NCBI RefSeq assembly: GCF_001194135.2
Contig: NC_068981.1
Location: 105,441,910-105,476,693 of the forward strand
Direction: 5' to 3'
Length of the DNA stretch: 34,784 nt
Source: Octopus bimaculoides
Lineage: Eukaryota
Part shown: piece after piece, positions 9,250-22,007 of the stretch
How the letters are laid out: every line of letters begins with the position of its first letter
How positions within the stretch are numbered: position 1 is the stretch's first letter
The notes under the pieces: generated by a model
What the model was told of the DNA's origin: nothing
Databases searched by the model: none
What the model saw: only the letters and a program-made list of their open reading frames with translations
Position numbers and translations under genes: made by a program

Positions 9250-11697
9250 TTACCAATGTTCTATGTCATGACCAAATACTTGAAGTGTTTCATGTTGCAA
9301 GACAATGTGTGAGAGAAAATTGCGATGTCATAGGAAAGAAATATGTCTGCACGGATGATGGCTCACTTGCATTTAATGAGGCTGCAAAGAGAGAGAGACT
9401 TGGAAATGCCACTATGACAGATTACTAAATGAAGAGAATGAATGGGAGAAAGAGAGTCTGCCAAACATCAACCCAACAGAGAGACCAGCTATCCAAATTG
9501 ACAATACCTTGGTAGATAAAGCAATTAAGGGTATGAAGACAGAAAGACCCTGGCCCATGCTTAAACTATCTGGTGGTGTAGGCTGTAGTCTAGTCACCTG
9601 TATAGTCAGTCAGGTGATACATGAAGGAGTCATACCCAATGACTGGTGCAGCAGCGCTATTGTCAATTGCTACAAAAGTAAAGGTGATGCATTAGTTATG
9701 AATAATTACAGAGGTATCAAGTTGTTGGATCAGGTGATGATTAGGGGAGAGAGTTAGTTTAGACAAGATGCAATTTGGCTTTGTGCCAGGGCAAAGCACC
9801 ACTGATGTTATATTTCTGATAAGACAGCTACAGGAGAAATACCTAGCCAAAGATAAACCTCTTGGCAATTGTTCACATGGAGAAAACCTTTAACAGGGTC
9901 CCTCAATTCCTTAAATGGTGGTCAATGCAGAAACTGGGGATAGATGAGTGGTTAGTGAGTGCTGTACAAGTCATGTACAGGGATGCTGTCAGTAAAGTGA
10001 GGGTTGGCAATGAGTATAACGAAGAATTCTAGGTAAGGGTAGGAGTCCACCAAAGATCAGTCCTCAGCCCCCTCTTATTTATCATAGCTCTCCAGGCAAT
10101 AACAGAGGAATTCAAAACAGGATGCCCCTGGGAGCTCCTCTATGCTGATGACCTTGCTCTAATAGCTGAGTCACCATCAGAACTAGAGGAATAGTTTTGG
10201 GTGTGGAAGCAAGGTCTAGAATCAAAGGGCCTTAGAGTCAACCTAACAAAAACCAAAGTCTTAGTAAGAAGGAAGGCAGACAAATCACAAACCCCTTCAA
10301 GTAGATGGCCCTGCTCAATATGTAGAAAAGGCGTAGGTAGAAACTCCATAAGATGTACCTGGTGTAAGCTATGGACACATGAGAGGTGCAGCAATATGAA
10401 AGCGGGAGCTAACCTGGAAGATAGTTTTGTGTGTGGCAAATGCACANNNNNNNNNNTATGGACACATGAGAGGTGCAGCAATATGAAAGCGGGAGCTAAC
10501 CTGGAAGATAGTTTTGTGTGTGGCAAATGCACAGGGGCAATAAACACTGAAAATGTGCAGAAAACAGCTTGTCACATGCCAGGAGGAAAAACTAGAAGTA
10601 GTTGATAGCTTCTATTACCTAGGTGACCAAGTCAGTTGCGGGGGTGGATGATCTGAAAGTGTAGCTGCTAGAATAAGAATAACCTGGACAAAGTTCAGAG
10701 AGCTCCTACCTCTGCTGGTAACAAAAGGCCTCTTGCTTAGAGTGAAGGGTACACTGTATGATGTATGTGTGTAAACAGCCATGCTACACAGCAATGAAAC
10801 ATGGGCTGTGACTGCTGTAAACTTGCAAGAAAGGAAGCTAGTATGTTCCGCTGGATGTGTAATGTCAGTGTGCATACAGGACAGAGTGTAAGCACCCTCA
10901 GAGAAAAGTTGGACATAAGAAACATCAGATGTGGTGTGCAAGAGAGGTGACTGTGTTGGTATGATCATGTGTTGCATGTAGATGAGGACAGTTGCGTGGA
11001 AAAGTTTCACACTCTAACAGTGGATGGAACCTGTGGAAGGGGTAGACCAGGAAGATGTGGGATGAGGTGGTGAAGCACAACCTTTGAATGTTGGGTCTCA
11101 CAGAGGCAATGACAAGTGACCAAGACCTTTGGAGATATGGTGTGCTTGAGAAGACCCATCAAGTCAAGTGAGATCATAACCATGGCCGATGCCAGTGTTG
11201 CATAACCGGCCCATTTAAGAGTACCCTTCAATCAATGAGCAATAAACTGTACTTGAGAAGACCTGTTGAGTCAAGTGAAATCATTGTCGTGGCTGATGCC
11301 AGTACCATGTGACTGGCACCTCTGCCAGTGGCACATAAAAAGCACCATTTGAGTGTGGTTGATGCCAGTCCCACTGGATTGGCTTCCGTGCTGCTGGCAT
11401 GTTAAATGCACCATACAAACATGGTCAATGCTTGTGTTGCCAGACTGATCCTGTGCCGGTGGCACCATTTGAGCTTTGTCGATGCCAGTACTGCCTGACT
11501 GGCCTTCATGCCTGTGGCACATAAAAAGCACCCACTACACTCTTGGAGTAGTTGGTATTAGGAAGGGCATCCAGCTGTGGAAACCTTGCCAGATCAGATT
11601 GGAGCTTGGTGCAGTCTTCTGGCTTGCTAGTCCTCTGTCAAATCATCCAGCCCATGCCAGCATGGAAAGCGGACATTAAATAATGATGATGGTGATG
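9250..11697 (+). mobile_element. Long decayed RTE LINE (EN-RT linker, RT, PHD-like module, C-terminus, repetitive 3' UTR, (GAT)n tail)
   Basis: EVFHVARQCVRENCDVIG, NYRGIKLLDQVM, MQFGFVPG.STTD, ELLYADDL (about 10132-10155) and WKQGLESKGLRVNLTKTKVL. Many stops and frameshifts. No endonuclease domain is visible (5'-truncated). Confidence 0.92.
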
Positions 11698-11699
11698 AT

Positions 11700-11721
11700 G
11701 ATATATATGTGTGTGTGTGTG

Positions 11722-11764
<43 letters not shown>

Positions 11765-11867
11765 NNNNNNNNNNNNNNNNNNNNNNNNNNNNNNNNNNNN
11801 NNNNNNNNNNNNNNNNNNNNNNNNNNNNNNNNNNNNNNNNNNNNNNNNNNNNNNNNNNNNNNNNNNN

Positions 11868-11913
<46 letters not shown>

Positions 11914-11972
11914 GTACACACACACACATACACACACACACACACACACACATACACACATATATATATATA
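11700..11972. repeat. Compound microsatellite (TG)n/(TATC)n/gap/(AT)n/(CA)n
   Basis: Direct reading. Confidence 0.95.
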
Positions 11973-12300
11973 AATTCAGAAGAGTGGTACAACAAGGCAC
12001 CAATATTTACTGGAAATTAATACATTTGTATTGAAATATTTTTCATTGATATATATATATATATATATATATATAAACAATATATGAGTATATGCATATA
12101 TATGTACATGTATGTATATACGTTCATCCACATGTACATATAGATACATAACTGGGTACATGACGTGGCAAAAGAACAAGGACAAGAGACCAACATCATG
12201 AAATTTAACCACGAAACTAAAAGAGATCCAGATTATATTACATGTTGTGTGTCTTGACTTGAACAACGACAAAGCATTCTGACACTACACACATGTATTT

Positions 12301-12408
<108 letters not shown>

Positions 12409-12629
12409 TATAATTTCACTTAGACAGTGATACTATCAACCTGTAAAAACTGAATATATATATGCCTTATATAAAGTGTTAGATGAGTACAGAGGGTAAT
12501 ATGAAAGTAATGAAATAACAAGGGAAGAAGAATTATGTACTGAACTTTTTGTGGTACTTTATTGACCCTGGGGGAATGAAGAGATACCACTGATGGATTA
12601 AAAATTTAAAAAAGGATATACATAATGAC

Positions 12630-12667
<38 letters not shown>

Positions 12668-12702
12668 TAATAATAATGGTTTCAAATTTTGCCACAAGGG
12701 CA

Positions 12703-12750
<48 letters not shown>
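12630..12750. repeat. Two (TAA)n arrays separated by a short SINE-B tail remnant
   Basis: The spacer GGTTTCAAATTTTGCCACAAGGGCAG matches the reverse-complemented SINE-B tail. Confidence 0.85.
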
Positions 12751-12752
<2 letters not shown>

Positions 12753-14144
12753 CAACAATAAAAACAAAATATAATTTAGATCTGAAAAACATGGAAAACG
12801 TTTATAATTATTTGTCCACACATGGTGGAAATCCACTGGCTAGAATGTTCCAGGGCACCCTTTCAACCCTACCAAAAACACTTAAAAGAATTTTGGGGAT
12901 TAGGTAGACTAAAAATATCCCAATATGCTCTAGTTCACTTTCTTTCATATTCTCATAACCTTATGGTAAGCATTTTACTAATATCCTATCATTCACGCGT
13001 TTAAAAAATTTTTTCAAAAGTATTCACCAAAGATTCAAAAGACACTTTGATACATATATTGTATTGTGCTACTATGAACTTCATGATGTTTTTCTGATGG
13101 AGCCTTCTTAGATTTTTTTTATCATCTTTTGCTTAGGTTCACTCTTGGATTTTTATTTTTTACTTCTTGTCTGTTCAGCAATGATTTTTTGTTTTTGTTT
13201 CTCCTGTATCTCATCACAAGGTAATGGCATGAAGTGACTTCCTCCACCACTTCCAGAGCTGTAACCGATAGTGCTCTGGAAACTGGGACATGCTGGTCTT
13301 GTTGCATACTAGACCTGTTCTCACAGCTCTGGTATGGCCTTGCAGCTTTTAGTGGTCATTAAGATTTGTAAGTCCATTTTGATTCTTCCTGATCACATAT
13401 GTTGCCTCTTGTCAACCCTACATTAATGACTGCCCATACTATAATACAAGAGTAACAATAAGCCACAGTTTGACATCATTTCTGATAACCGTGAGTGACT
13501 CCTTGATATTTCTGTCCCAAACCTTGGGGCACAAGTTTGTGTTTTGGCTTAGTTCTTAGCCTTACCACTTTCAATCAAAAAGGCTGGAAGATGTACACTA
13601 TTTGGAAGGCAGATGGAAGTCCCCATCATCTTTCTTAAAGCATAAAAGTTTCATTTTCAACTTATCTCCTATTGGATTAGCTCCTAGAACAAAGAGACCC
13701 TTATTGGATTTATACAATTCTCACAGTCAACTTATTTTCTAGATATTTTGTCAAATTCACAAACTTCATCTGAGTCATGACCCAGACAAAACTAGGTCCA
13801 TTAGTGCTGCTGCTATATTATCTTTTGTAACAAACATATTTGTCTCTGTACAAGTGTTGTTATCGTTGTCACCATCATTGTCATCATGGATATTTTCATC
13901 CGAGACATTATATCTATATCTGATTATTCAAATACTTTGATTCTGTGTATGTACATACGTTTACTTGATTGCTCACATTTATCAATGGTTTCTCTTGTTG
14001 ATTTGATACACCATTTTCTATCATTAACAGAACTGTTAGCATTTTTGAAGACATGGGGGTGCTAGTATATGTATAATTTATAAATGTTACATGAACAATA
14101 TTTTGAAAACAAATGAGTTTAACATTTAATTTTATATATGTTTC

Positions 14145-14178
<34 letters not shown>

Positions 14179-14974
14179 TGCGCGTGCGTGCGTGTGTGTG
14201 TGATAAACAGAATGACTCCAGCTTGTGTCATATGATTTATAAAGTAAATCTTACAGAGTGGAACAAAATCAACAGCTTCAAATGCTAAACTGTTATTCAC
14301 AAAAAAAAAAAACACATGTAGAAAGACACATAGCCTATTATATATATTGATGTGTGTGTGTGTGCATATGTGTGTGTGTGCATATGTGTGTGTGTGCATA
14401 TGTGTGTGTGTGCATATATATTGATGTGTGTGTGTGCCGCTTTAATTATAATAAATAGAGATGAGGAAGAGGAGGAAGTGGGGGAGTAAGAGGAGAATTC
14501 CTTTTTTTCACAGAATATCACAATTTGTAAGAGGGGCATTTAGTTGATTGAAATTATTCCTTTACATGCCTAACTTTCGTTTTATCATTATCAGAGGGAT
14601 AAAAGTCAAGGAACATAGATGGAACACACCCCACCCTCGCATTGCCCCACACCCCAGCATCACCACACCACACACCATCACACATCATGCCACACCACAC
14701 ATCACCACACCATATCACACCACCCTGTACACGCTAGCACTAACCACTTCCCAGCATCCACACACACCCACACATTAGATACACATACTTATGCACACAT
14801 CCACACATGCACACACTTACATACATACACACCTTTGCTTTGGGATCACCACTACTTTATTATCTCCCCTTCTTCTTAGCTCTCCTGTCAGACCATCTCT
14901 GTCCAGCCAGCTGCCATGATTGACTGCTAGCCGCTAAAGTTTTTTTTATTCTCTCTCTGTTCATTTTCTCGTGT

Positions 14975-15015
14975 TCCTTTCTGTTGAAGAGTGCGGGCTC
15001 GAAGCATGAAAGACT
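14975..15015 (+). ncRNA. Degenerate minimal hammerhead-like motif
   Basis: CTTT-CTGTTGA-A-GAGT gcgg GCTC-GAAG-CATG-AAAG. The core has deviations (CUGUUGA, GAAG), but the topology fits minimal PLE-type hammerheads. Confidence 0.35.
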
Positions 15016-15056
15016 TTCTCACCTTCTTGAGCATTAAACTAATACACCTGTCTTTG

Positions 15057-15097
<41 letters not shown>

Positions 15098-15313
15098 TAA
15101 ATTTCAACTAAATATGAAGGCATTTATCTGGCTCTGTTTATTTTGCCACTCATCTCACTTTTACTTATACTCCAACCTATTGTCATTAATCATGCTTTTG
15201 CATTTTGTTATTAATTTTGATGATTGAAAATATGCTAGGTTTTAATCATATTAAAATGGCTCAAAAGATTTATAATTGCTGTGATGTTTTTTTTCTCTCT
15301 TTCAGTGATTTAG

Positions 15314-15675
15314 ATGGCACACCCCCAGCCTGTAACAACTACTGTTACCAAGCCAGATTGGATGAAATTACAATATGTAAGAGAAAGGAACAATTCTCTA
15401 GATTCAATTGGCTCAACAGCTTCTTTATTATCAATATTGGATCATGGCAGCTATGATTCTGAAGATGACCAATTATCAGAGAAGAACTTTCACAATAGAA
15501 GAGAAAACACAGTATGTTTTAGTCATGAGTTGTTGAAACCTAGAAATCAGAGAGAAAAACAAATGTTCTCTGAGTTGTTGAAAGAAAAAGAAGAAAGTAG
15601 AAACTCTTTCATTGAAGATATATCGAAAGATTTCCATGATATTTGTATTTCAAATGTTGATGAAGAGAGATCCAG
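15314..15675 (+). CDS. CCDC34: CCDC34-like coiled-coil protein, first coding exon (MAHPQPV...DEERSR, ends phase 2)
   Basis: Acceptor TTTCTCTCTTTCAG ending at 15305 and an in-frame TAG just before the ATG at 15314, implying an upstream non-coding exon. Donor AG|GTATGA at 15675/15676. Phase matches the exon at 18025. Confidence 0.65.
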
Positions 15676-16595
15676 GTATGAGCTTTTACTGAAAATATTT
15701 TTGATTTTCAACAAATGCTAACTCTAAAGATTTTGTCGTAGGTGTGTGAAAGCACTGTTGTGAGTAAACAGACTAAATATATGTCAAACATATTTGATCA
15801 GTACAGAGGCTTTATTCACAACAGTAAACAGCAATGAATATGGCCCTTGTACAGGTTAAATATGTCTCAGTCATATTTGAACTGATCTAAATGTTTGTTA
15901 ACTCTAAAGAGTTTTAAGCTAAGTAGAATTTAGTAATCTAAACTCAACAGTAATTTTTTTACTTATTCACTTCAAAAAATTTCATAACCATATCATTTCA
16001 TGTAACATCTGTTAAAAAAATCAATTTACTTTGCTGCAATTCATTACAGAGGTAACTATTTAAGTTGTTTGATCATTGGAGTGTAAGTAGCCAAGGAAAA
16101 TGTTTCAGTTGTAGAGTATATGTACTATTCATGGAGAGTAAATGCGAGAGACAGAGAGAGGAGTGGTATTGAAAAAGAAACATTTGTAATACTGTTGAGA
16201 AGACTGAAACCTTTTATTTTCTGTATTTTCATATTCTAACAACATTGCTAGGAACATTGATTCTGTAGACTATTTTTAATGATATGACAACTTCATTACT
16301 TACAGCTATCATAGGAAAATTACTATTTGGAGATGAAATATTGTAGCCTTTCATGAAACAATATGTGGGAACTAAACAAAATAGGGTAGATACAAAAAGA
16401 AACACAAATTTTTCCATGTCCAACTAATGGATAGAGTTTTAGTTTTATTTCTTTCCCAGTGTATATTATTTGTTTTTTAAAGTGTTGTAAAGACATGACT
16501 CAATAAAACTCAGTTGACAGATGTTAGTGTGTGGTAAGATTAAAAAGTTGTGCATGTGTGTATGCATGTACATACATGCATCCATGTTTGCATAT

Positions 16596-16890
16596 GCCAA
16601 CTTCATCATCATCAACATCCGCCTTCCATGCTGGCATGGGTTGGACGGTTTGACAAGAGCCAGCCAGGTAGAAGACTACTCCAGACTATTGTGTCTGTTT
16701 TGACTTGGTTTTTATGGCTGGATGCCCTTCCTAATACCAATCACCCTGCAGAGTGGACTGAGTGATTTTTACTTGGCACCAGCACAAGTGAGGTCAGTTT
16801 TGGCATGTTTTTACAGCTGGGTGCCCTTCCAAATGCCAACCACTTCAGTGTGGACTGGATGCTTTTTACATGGCACCAGCAATGAAAAAC
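16596..16890 (-). mobile_element. RTE 3' tail fragment(s), decayed
   Basis: CATCATCATC...CTTCCATGCTGGCATGGGTTGGACG...GCTGGATGCCCTTCCTAATACCAA is the reverse complement of the RTE tail. Confidence 0.8.
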
Positions 16891-17616
16891 ATATTCTCCT
16901 GTTAACCAACATTGAATCTGTACATTCTATAGTTGAAATCAACAACTTTACTAATTCAAGGAATATTTTCCAATAATTTATCTCTTTAGTATTTAAACTG
17001 GCCATATCCAACCTAAGTATTCTACCTGCTCTATGTACAAACCAACCACATGCAGCCACTCACATCTACCCAACAATGTTGTTCTAAAAATAGTCACATC
17101 ATCAAAAAATTCAAAACAATGTGATTTACATTTGACAGAATAATTTGAGTGTCAAAGTCTAATACATATGGTTATAATGACATAGACTATTGTAGATTTT
17201 AGAGGTCTGTTGCTTTTCTTAGCTAAAGCAGGAAATAAACTATCAATGAACTGAGTCAGTTACTCAGGTTTTATTCTAGATTTTAGCTATTTCATTTCTC
17301 TTATATTGTTAATGGCCGTTAGAAACTATGTGCTCTTTTCCTAAAGACAGTACAATAAAATATTACAGGGTTCAAAATGACTGAGTAATCAGTTCTATTT
17401 ATCCTTTTTGAGCATAGGATACTTAATCATAATTACATATTTTATAGCTTCAGTAAAGTTTCATATTTATTTTATCTACCCTTTTTTACCACAGGAAAAT
17501 AGGGAAAAAAAAAACAGAGTAAGGATTTTCATTTTAGTTGTTAGATAAGTACATAATTCCATTGCTGCTCAGTAAAATGTAAAACAAATCGCATTTCTCA
17601 TAGAAGTTATTTAGCA

Positions 17617-17844
17617 TTAACTCTTTAGCATTCAGATTATTCTGTCAAATGTGGTGTTTGTTTATTTGTTTTGTTTTGAATTAATCATGAATTATCTCAT
17701 AGCTTTAAGATTTTGATGATGTGATTACATAGTTTTAGAATAACATTGTAGGGTTGAGGTGAGAGGCCAGCTCTGGCCAGTTTCAGTATAAAACAGACAG
17801 AATATTTTGGTCAGATATTGTCGGTTTGAATGCTAAAGGTTTAA
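17617..17844. mobile_element. About 228-bp MITE, TTAA-bounded (piggyBac-like ends), copy 1
   Basis: TTAA-CTCTTTAGCATTCAGA ... TTTGAATGCTAAAGGT-TTAA. Internal sequence is shared with copies 2 and 3. Confidence 0.8.
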
Positions 17845-18024
17845 GAAAAGATAACGATGTCAAACAACTTACTTCAATATTCCATGCTAATATGTATACT
17901 GGACTGAAAATAAAGTATTGCTCAGAGAAAGGAAGCAAAATCAATTCATAATGATATTATAGATATTAAAAAATATTATGCACTGAATTTGATTATGTTT
18001 ATTTCTTTAATTATTCTTTGATAG

Positions 18025-18575
18025 TTTTGTCCCAAGCGGAAGTCAATCAGTTTGTCCATCATCAAGCAATGAAAAATTACCACGTCCCCTGACACCTTGG
18101 GAAAAGTGGTTACTTATGAAAATAAAAGAAGAACGAGACATCTCTATCAAACAAGAAGAACAAAAGAAAATGAAGAAAATAGCCAAAATCAGAGAGGCAC
18201 AAGCTTTGGAAGAAAAAAAAATCGAAATTAACCATTCTTGGTATAAGTGGCTTGAAGAGAAAGCTAAAGCAGAAAAATTGCGCATTTGTCAAGAAAGACG
18301 AGAATATATTGAAAATAAGAAACAGGAAGCTGTCAGAAAACAAGAAATTGCTGAAAAGTCTGAAGTTAACTTTAAACAATGGCTTAATAAGAAGAAAATG
18401 CTTGAGAAAACTAAAAAAAAGATTGAAGCCCAAAAGAAGAAAGAAAAACAATCATTACACAAACTACGTCAAGAGAAAGCTAAAGAAACATATAAAGAAT
18501 GGTGTGAAAGAATAAATAAGTCTGGCATTAATGTGTCACAAAACAGACTTGATAATAAAACAAAAAAACTTAGAG
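18025..18575 (+). CDS. CCDC34: CCDC34-like coiled-coil protein, second coding exon (phase 2 to phase 1)
   Basis: Acceptor TTCTTTGATAG| and donor AGAG|GTGAGT. Peptide ...PRPLTPWEKWLLMKIKEER...WYKWLEEK...FKQWLNKK...YKEWCERI has the LTPW.+W motif and periodic Trp-anchored K/E-rich helices that I recall from CCDC34 (DUF4207). Confidence 0.75.
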
Positions 18576-18664
18576 GTGAGTTTGAATTATACCAGCATCA
18601 AATTGTAATATTAAATTCTTGTGATTAGTAGTCTTTTTATTATTATTTTTTTATACCAGTTAAG

Positions 18665-18932
18665 TGCAGGTATAGCTGAGTAATTAAGAAGCTCGTTTTG
18701 CAACCACATGGCTTCAGATATAGGTGTGTGTGTGTTTGTGTTTGTCCCCCACTCTCATCACTACTCAACAGCTGGTGTTTGTTTTTGTATATTCTTGTAA
18801 CTTAGCAGTTCAGCAAGGGACTGATAGAATAAGTATCCGACTCCAAAAGTACTGGGGACAATTTCTTCAGCTAAACCATTCAAGGCAGTACCTCATCATA
18901 GCCACAGTCCAATGACTGAAACAAACAAAATG
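18665..18932 (+). mobile_element. SINE family A, decayed copy
   Basis: Aligns by eye with 29147-29545 (CAACCACATGG...TGTTTGTCCCC...GATAGAATAAGTA...CAGCATGGCCACAGTC..ATGACTGAAACA). Confidence 0.75.
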
Positions 18933-19249
18933 ATAAAATGATTTCTATCAATGGACTTATGACAATGCTGGGACACTCCTTTTAAAGGTTTTAGTTGATT
19001 ATATCATACCCAGTACATCGTTTGGTACTTATTTTATTGATCTTACATGGGGTGAAAGACAGGTCGATCTTAAAAGAACAACTCAGAACTAATTTTTGTT
19101 TATTCCATGACAATGCACACACATGCACGCACACACACATACACACACTGAGTAGTTCACTTACAGAGGTTGTCAATGATCTGCAGAAAATGTAGGAATT
19201 GTAAAATATCGGTTTGAATATAAAAACATAAAAGTCAGTATTGCAGGGG

Positions 19250-20685
19250 AACACAGAATTTGGTGCCTGATATATTCAACTTGTTTTTAGGTAAATTTTG
19301 GTTGCTGATTCTAAATGTACCATCAGTTTTTCTTCATCAGCTCTAGTTATCAAGATATGTTATACTCACTAATCGCTATGCAAACAACCAATCGGATACA
19401 AGGATTGATGACTACAACTCTTTATTGTCACCTTTTGGATAAAAAAAAGTGGCTTCATATAAAGAATATGTTTGTGATTAAATTACATCCATAGAATCAG
19501 ATAACAGTGAAACAAGCATAGAAAGTTACCAGTGATACCATGTTCATTTACTCAGACATCTCACAGAAGTAGCATCTCAGAAACTTCCTGTGGGGAGCTG
19601 CCCCAGGGCAATCGTGTTGAATGGTCCGGAAGTAGTCTGCCATCACATGGGTTTTCCAGTGTTCCTGACATTTTTCTTCCATAATTGTTAAATCCTGGTA
19701 GAATCATTTACCTTGTTCATCACTTAGATCACCAAGGTTGTCTGGGAAATTATCAAAATGGTTGTGGAGGTAATGCACTTTGATGCTCCTACTATACAGC
19801 CAAGTCAATAGAAAGAAGAGAGCATGTTCTCCACTAGTTAAAAGTAGTTATCTGCTTTATAGCTTCCAAGAAAATGTCTTACAATTAAAGTGAATGAAGA
19901 CCATGCATCTACCTTAGTATTCTTAATTGAATCTTGGAAATGTGGGCCTTTCATGAGTTCTCTGATCTGTAGCCTGTCAAATATACTTGCCTTCAGCTTC
20001 TCCATGCTCAGAGCTGGAAATCTTCTGTCTATGTACTCAAAGCAATCTTCTTTGTTCAAAACCTTCACAAACTGTGTTATTAAGCCTAGTTTAATGTGCA
20101 ATGATGGTAAAATAATCTTATCTCTGTCAACCAAGGGTTCCTTTATTATATTGTTTACTCTCAGAGGTCATTTTTTTCTTACCCAGTGCTCATCCTTAGA
20201 TCTACTAACCCAGACACAGACAATTCAGGGATACTGGGTATATCCACTTTGCTTAACCCAAGAGAAAATTCACAATTTTAAAATCCATAAAGTTTAACCT
20301 TTGGTGATCATGGTGATATTTTCTGTAAGACTAGGGTGATTGTTTCTTGCTGTTCGATTGTCTTAATTGAATGACCTATTCAGATTGATCCAGATTTGTT
20401 GTTATTGTATAGAAGCATGCATTTTAAGCTCTGCTTAGCTTCCTATGAATAAATGCCATTCACTTGATGCATATTTTAATATGCCCACTTTCATCAGCAA
20501 GCATTGAATATCATTGCAAAAAAAGAAATCATTTTCTTCTGAGAAGTACAGTAAATCCATTTCTTTATTGCAATAACACATGATTTTGGTATGATCTCAA
20601 AAACTAGAGCTGCTAGAAACAAATGAAGATCATGTTCTTATTCAGTAGCATGAATTGGATCTAAAATCTGAGGCACCAAAAAACT
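19250..20685 (-). mobile_element. Internally deleted DNA transposon remnant, Chapaev3-like (CMC superfamily) transposase C-terminal half
   Basis: The minus strand reads VDRDKIILPSLHIKLGLITQFVK...FLGSYKADNY, then (frameshifted) SIKVHYLHNHFDNFPDNLGDLSDEQGK*FYQDLTIMEEK...MADY. Inverted subterminal blocks: TTTGGTGCCT 19259-68 / AGGCACCAAA 20671-80 and CAGCTCTAGTT 19338-48 / AACTAGAGCTG 20602-12. The family label is from recall and needs a database check. Confidence 0.75.
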
Positions 20686-21466
20686 TTTTTAAGTTTGTTT
20701 CTCATGTTATTAACAATGAGCACTTGATAAATTTGGGATACAGCACAAGGAGGTACCTATAATTTTTATTTGATTTTTATCCATTTTGTTTTTCTGTGTT
20801 GTTACTTTTAATTATTGTTTCTCTTTAACATTATTGTGATATTTACCAAAACAAATCTCAATAATTGCTACCCAAGAAATATTTCAGTAAATATACTCAT
20901 CAAAGGTTTGAAATTTTATTTGTATAATAAAAGAATCAGTGCACATAACTTTTTGTTTTAATGTACCAATATACACAAAATAAAGAAATTATAGGCATTG
21001 GGAGTGGCATTTAACTCCAAGAAATAAACTGTCTCTTTTAAAACTTTTGCTAGTGAATAAAAATAGTGTTTAGAAGGGAGAAAGAGAGGGAAAGAAAGAG
21101 ATTTGTATGTGTTTGTGTGAATGGAAACTGGTTAAAAACATTGAAATAATATTTATGAATTGCTTCAGGATTTATGTAGTATTCACAGACAGCTATACAC
21201 ACATTTTTTTTCCTGTTGCAAAACTACACCAAATAATTTATCAGTTTAGTGTATTATTCTTAAGTTTATGAAATATTTCACAATTCCATGTTAACTTTAG
21301 TTATTATACAGTCATTCAGAAGTCTTTTTAGCATTTAAATGACACAATTAAAAATTTTTTTTTTACTTTGTTACAATCTTTTTATATATTTTAACAGTAT
21401 TCTTGCTTTTTTGTTGTGAAAATATTTTGACTTATTTATCTTGTTTATATATTCTAGAAAATGTTA

Positions 21467-21692
21467 TTTAGCCCTTTAGCATTCAGATTACTCTGTCAAA
21501 TGTACTACTTACTGATTCATATTGTTTTAAATTGATCATGCACGATCTTATTGCTTCAAGATTTTAATGATGTGACTATTTATTTTTAAAATGACATTGT
21601 AAAATAAGTGTGAAAGGCTGAATCTAGCCAGTTCAAACATAAAACCAAGTAGAATTTTTGAGCTTGATATAGCTCAAATGTTAAAGGGCTAT
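21467..21692. mobile_element. MITE copy 2
   Basis: GCCCTTTAGCATTCAGATTACTCTGTCAAATG ... CAAATGTTAAAGGGCT. Confidence 0.75.
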
Positions 21693-21735
21693 AGATGAGA
21701 GCATATTCATTGTCTTAAAATGGTTCACTATAATG

Positions 21736-21833
21736 GTAGTTCAACTGCCTGGGGTAGTTCAACTGCCTGGGATAGTTCAACTGCCTGGGATAGTTCAACT
21801 GCCTGGGATAGTTCAACTGCCTGGGGCAGTTCA
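21736..21833. repeat. 18-bp tandem repeat RTAGTTCAACTGCCTGGG x5.4
   Basis: Direct reading; no spacers. Confidence 0.97.
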
Positions 21834-22007
21834 GACAGTTGACAATATTGGATGGTAGGGCAGTAAACCAGCTATCCTGGAATCTCTGAGCTGTGGCAGT
21901 CATTGGTGAAGGAGACTGCAATTGGGGTGGCTGTTAATGAATGCAGTGAGGTGGTTGATGAAGGCTGTGTGAGGGAGGGACAGAGAGAGGGAGAAACAAG
22001 ATGTACA

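Noticed and set aside
10370-10533. Apparent 77-bp duplication of part of the PHD-like module
   Set aside because: Identical copies flank a 10-N gap; assembly overlap, not a domain duplication.
11683-12034. Cluster of ORFs with YIYI/HTHT/CVCV peptides (also near 300, 900, 2100, 3800, 22600, 24300, 27300 and 28400)
   Set aside because: These are translations of microsatellites and N-gaps, not genes.
13100-13900. Coding-looking, microsatellite-free minus-strand stretch
   Set aside because: It has stops in all frames, no consistent splice phases and no motif I can assign. Possibly an old transposon, but unsupported.
21736-21833. CRISPR-like array
   Set aside because: The units are contiguous with no unique spacers, the context is eukaryotic, and no cas genes are present.
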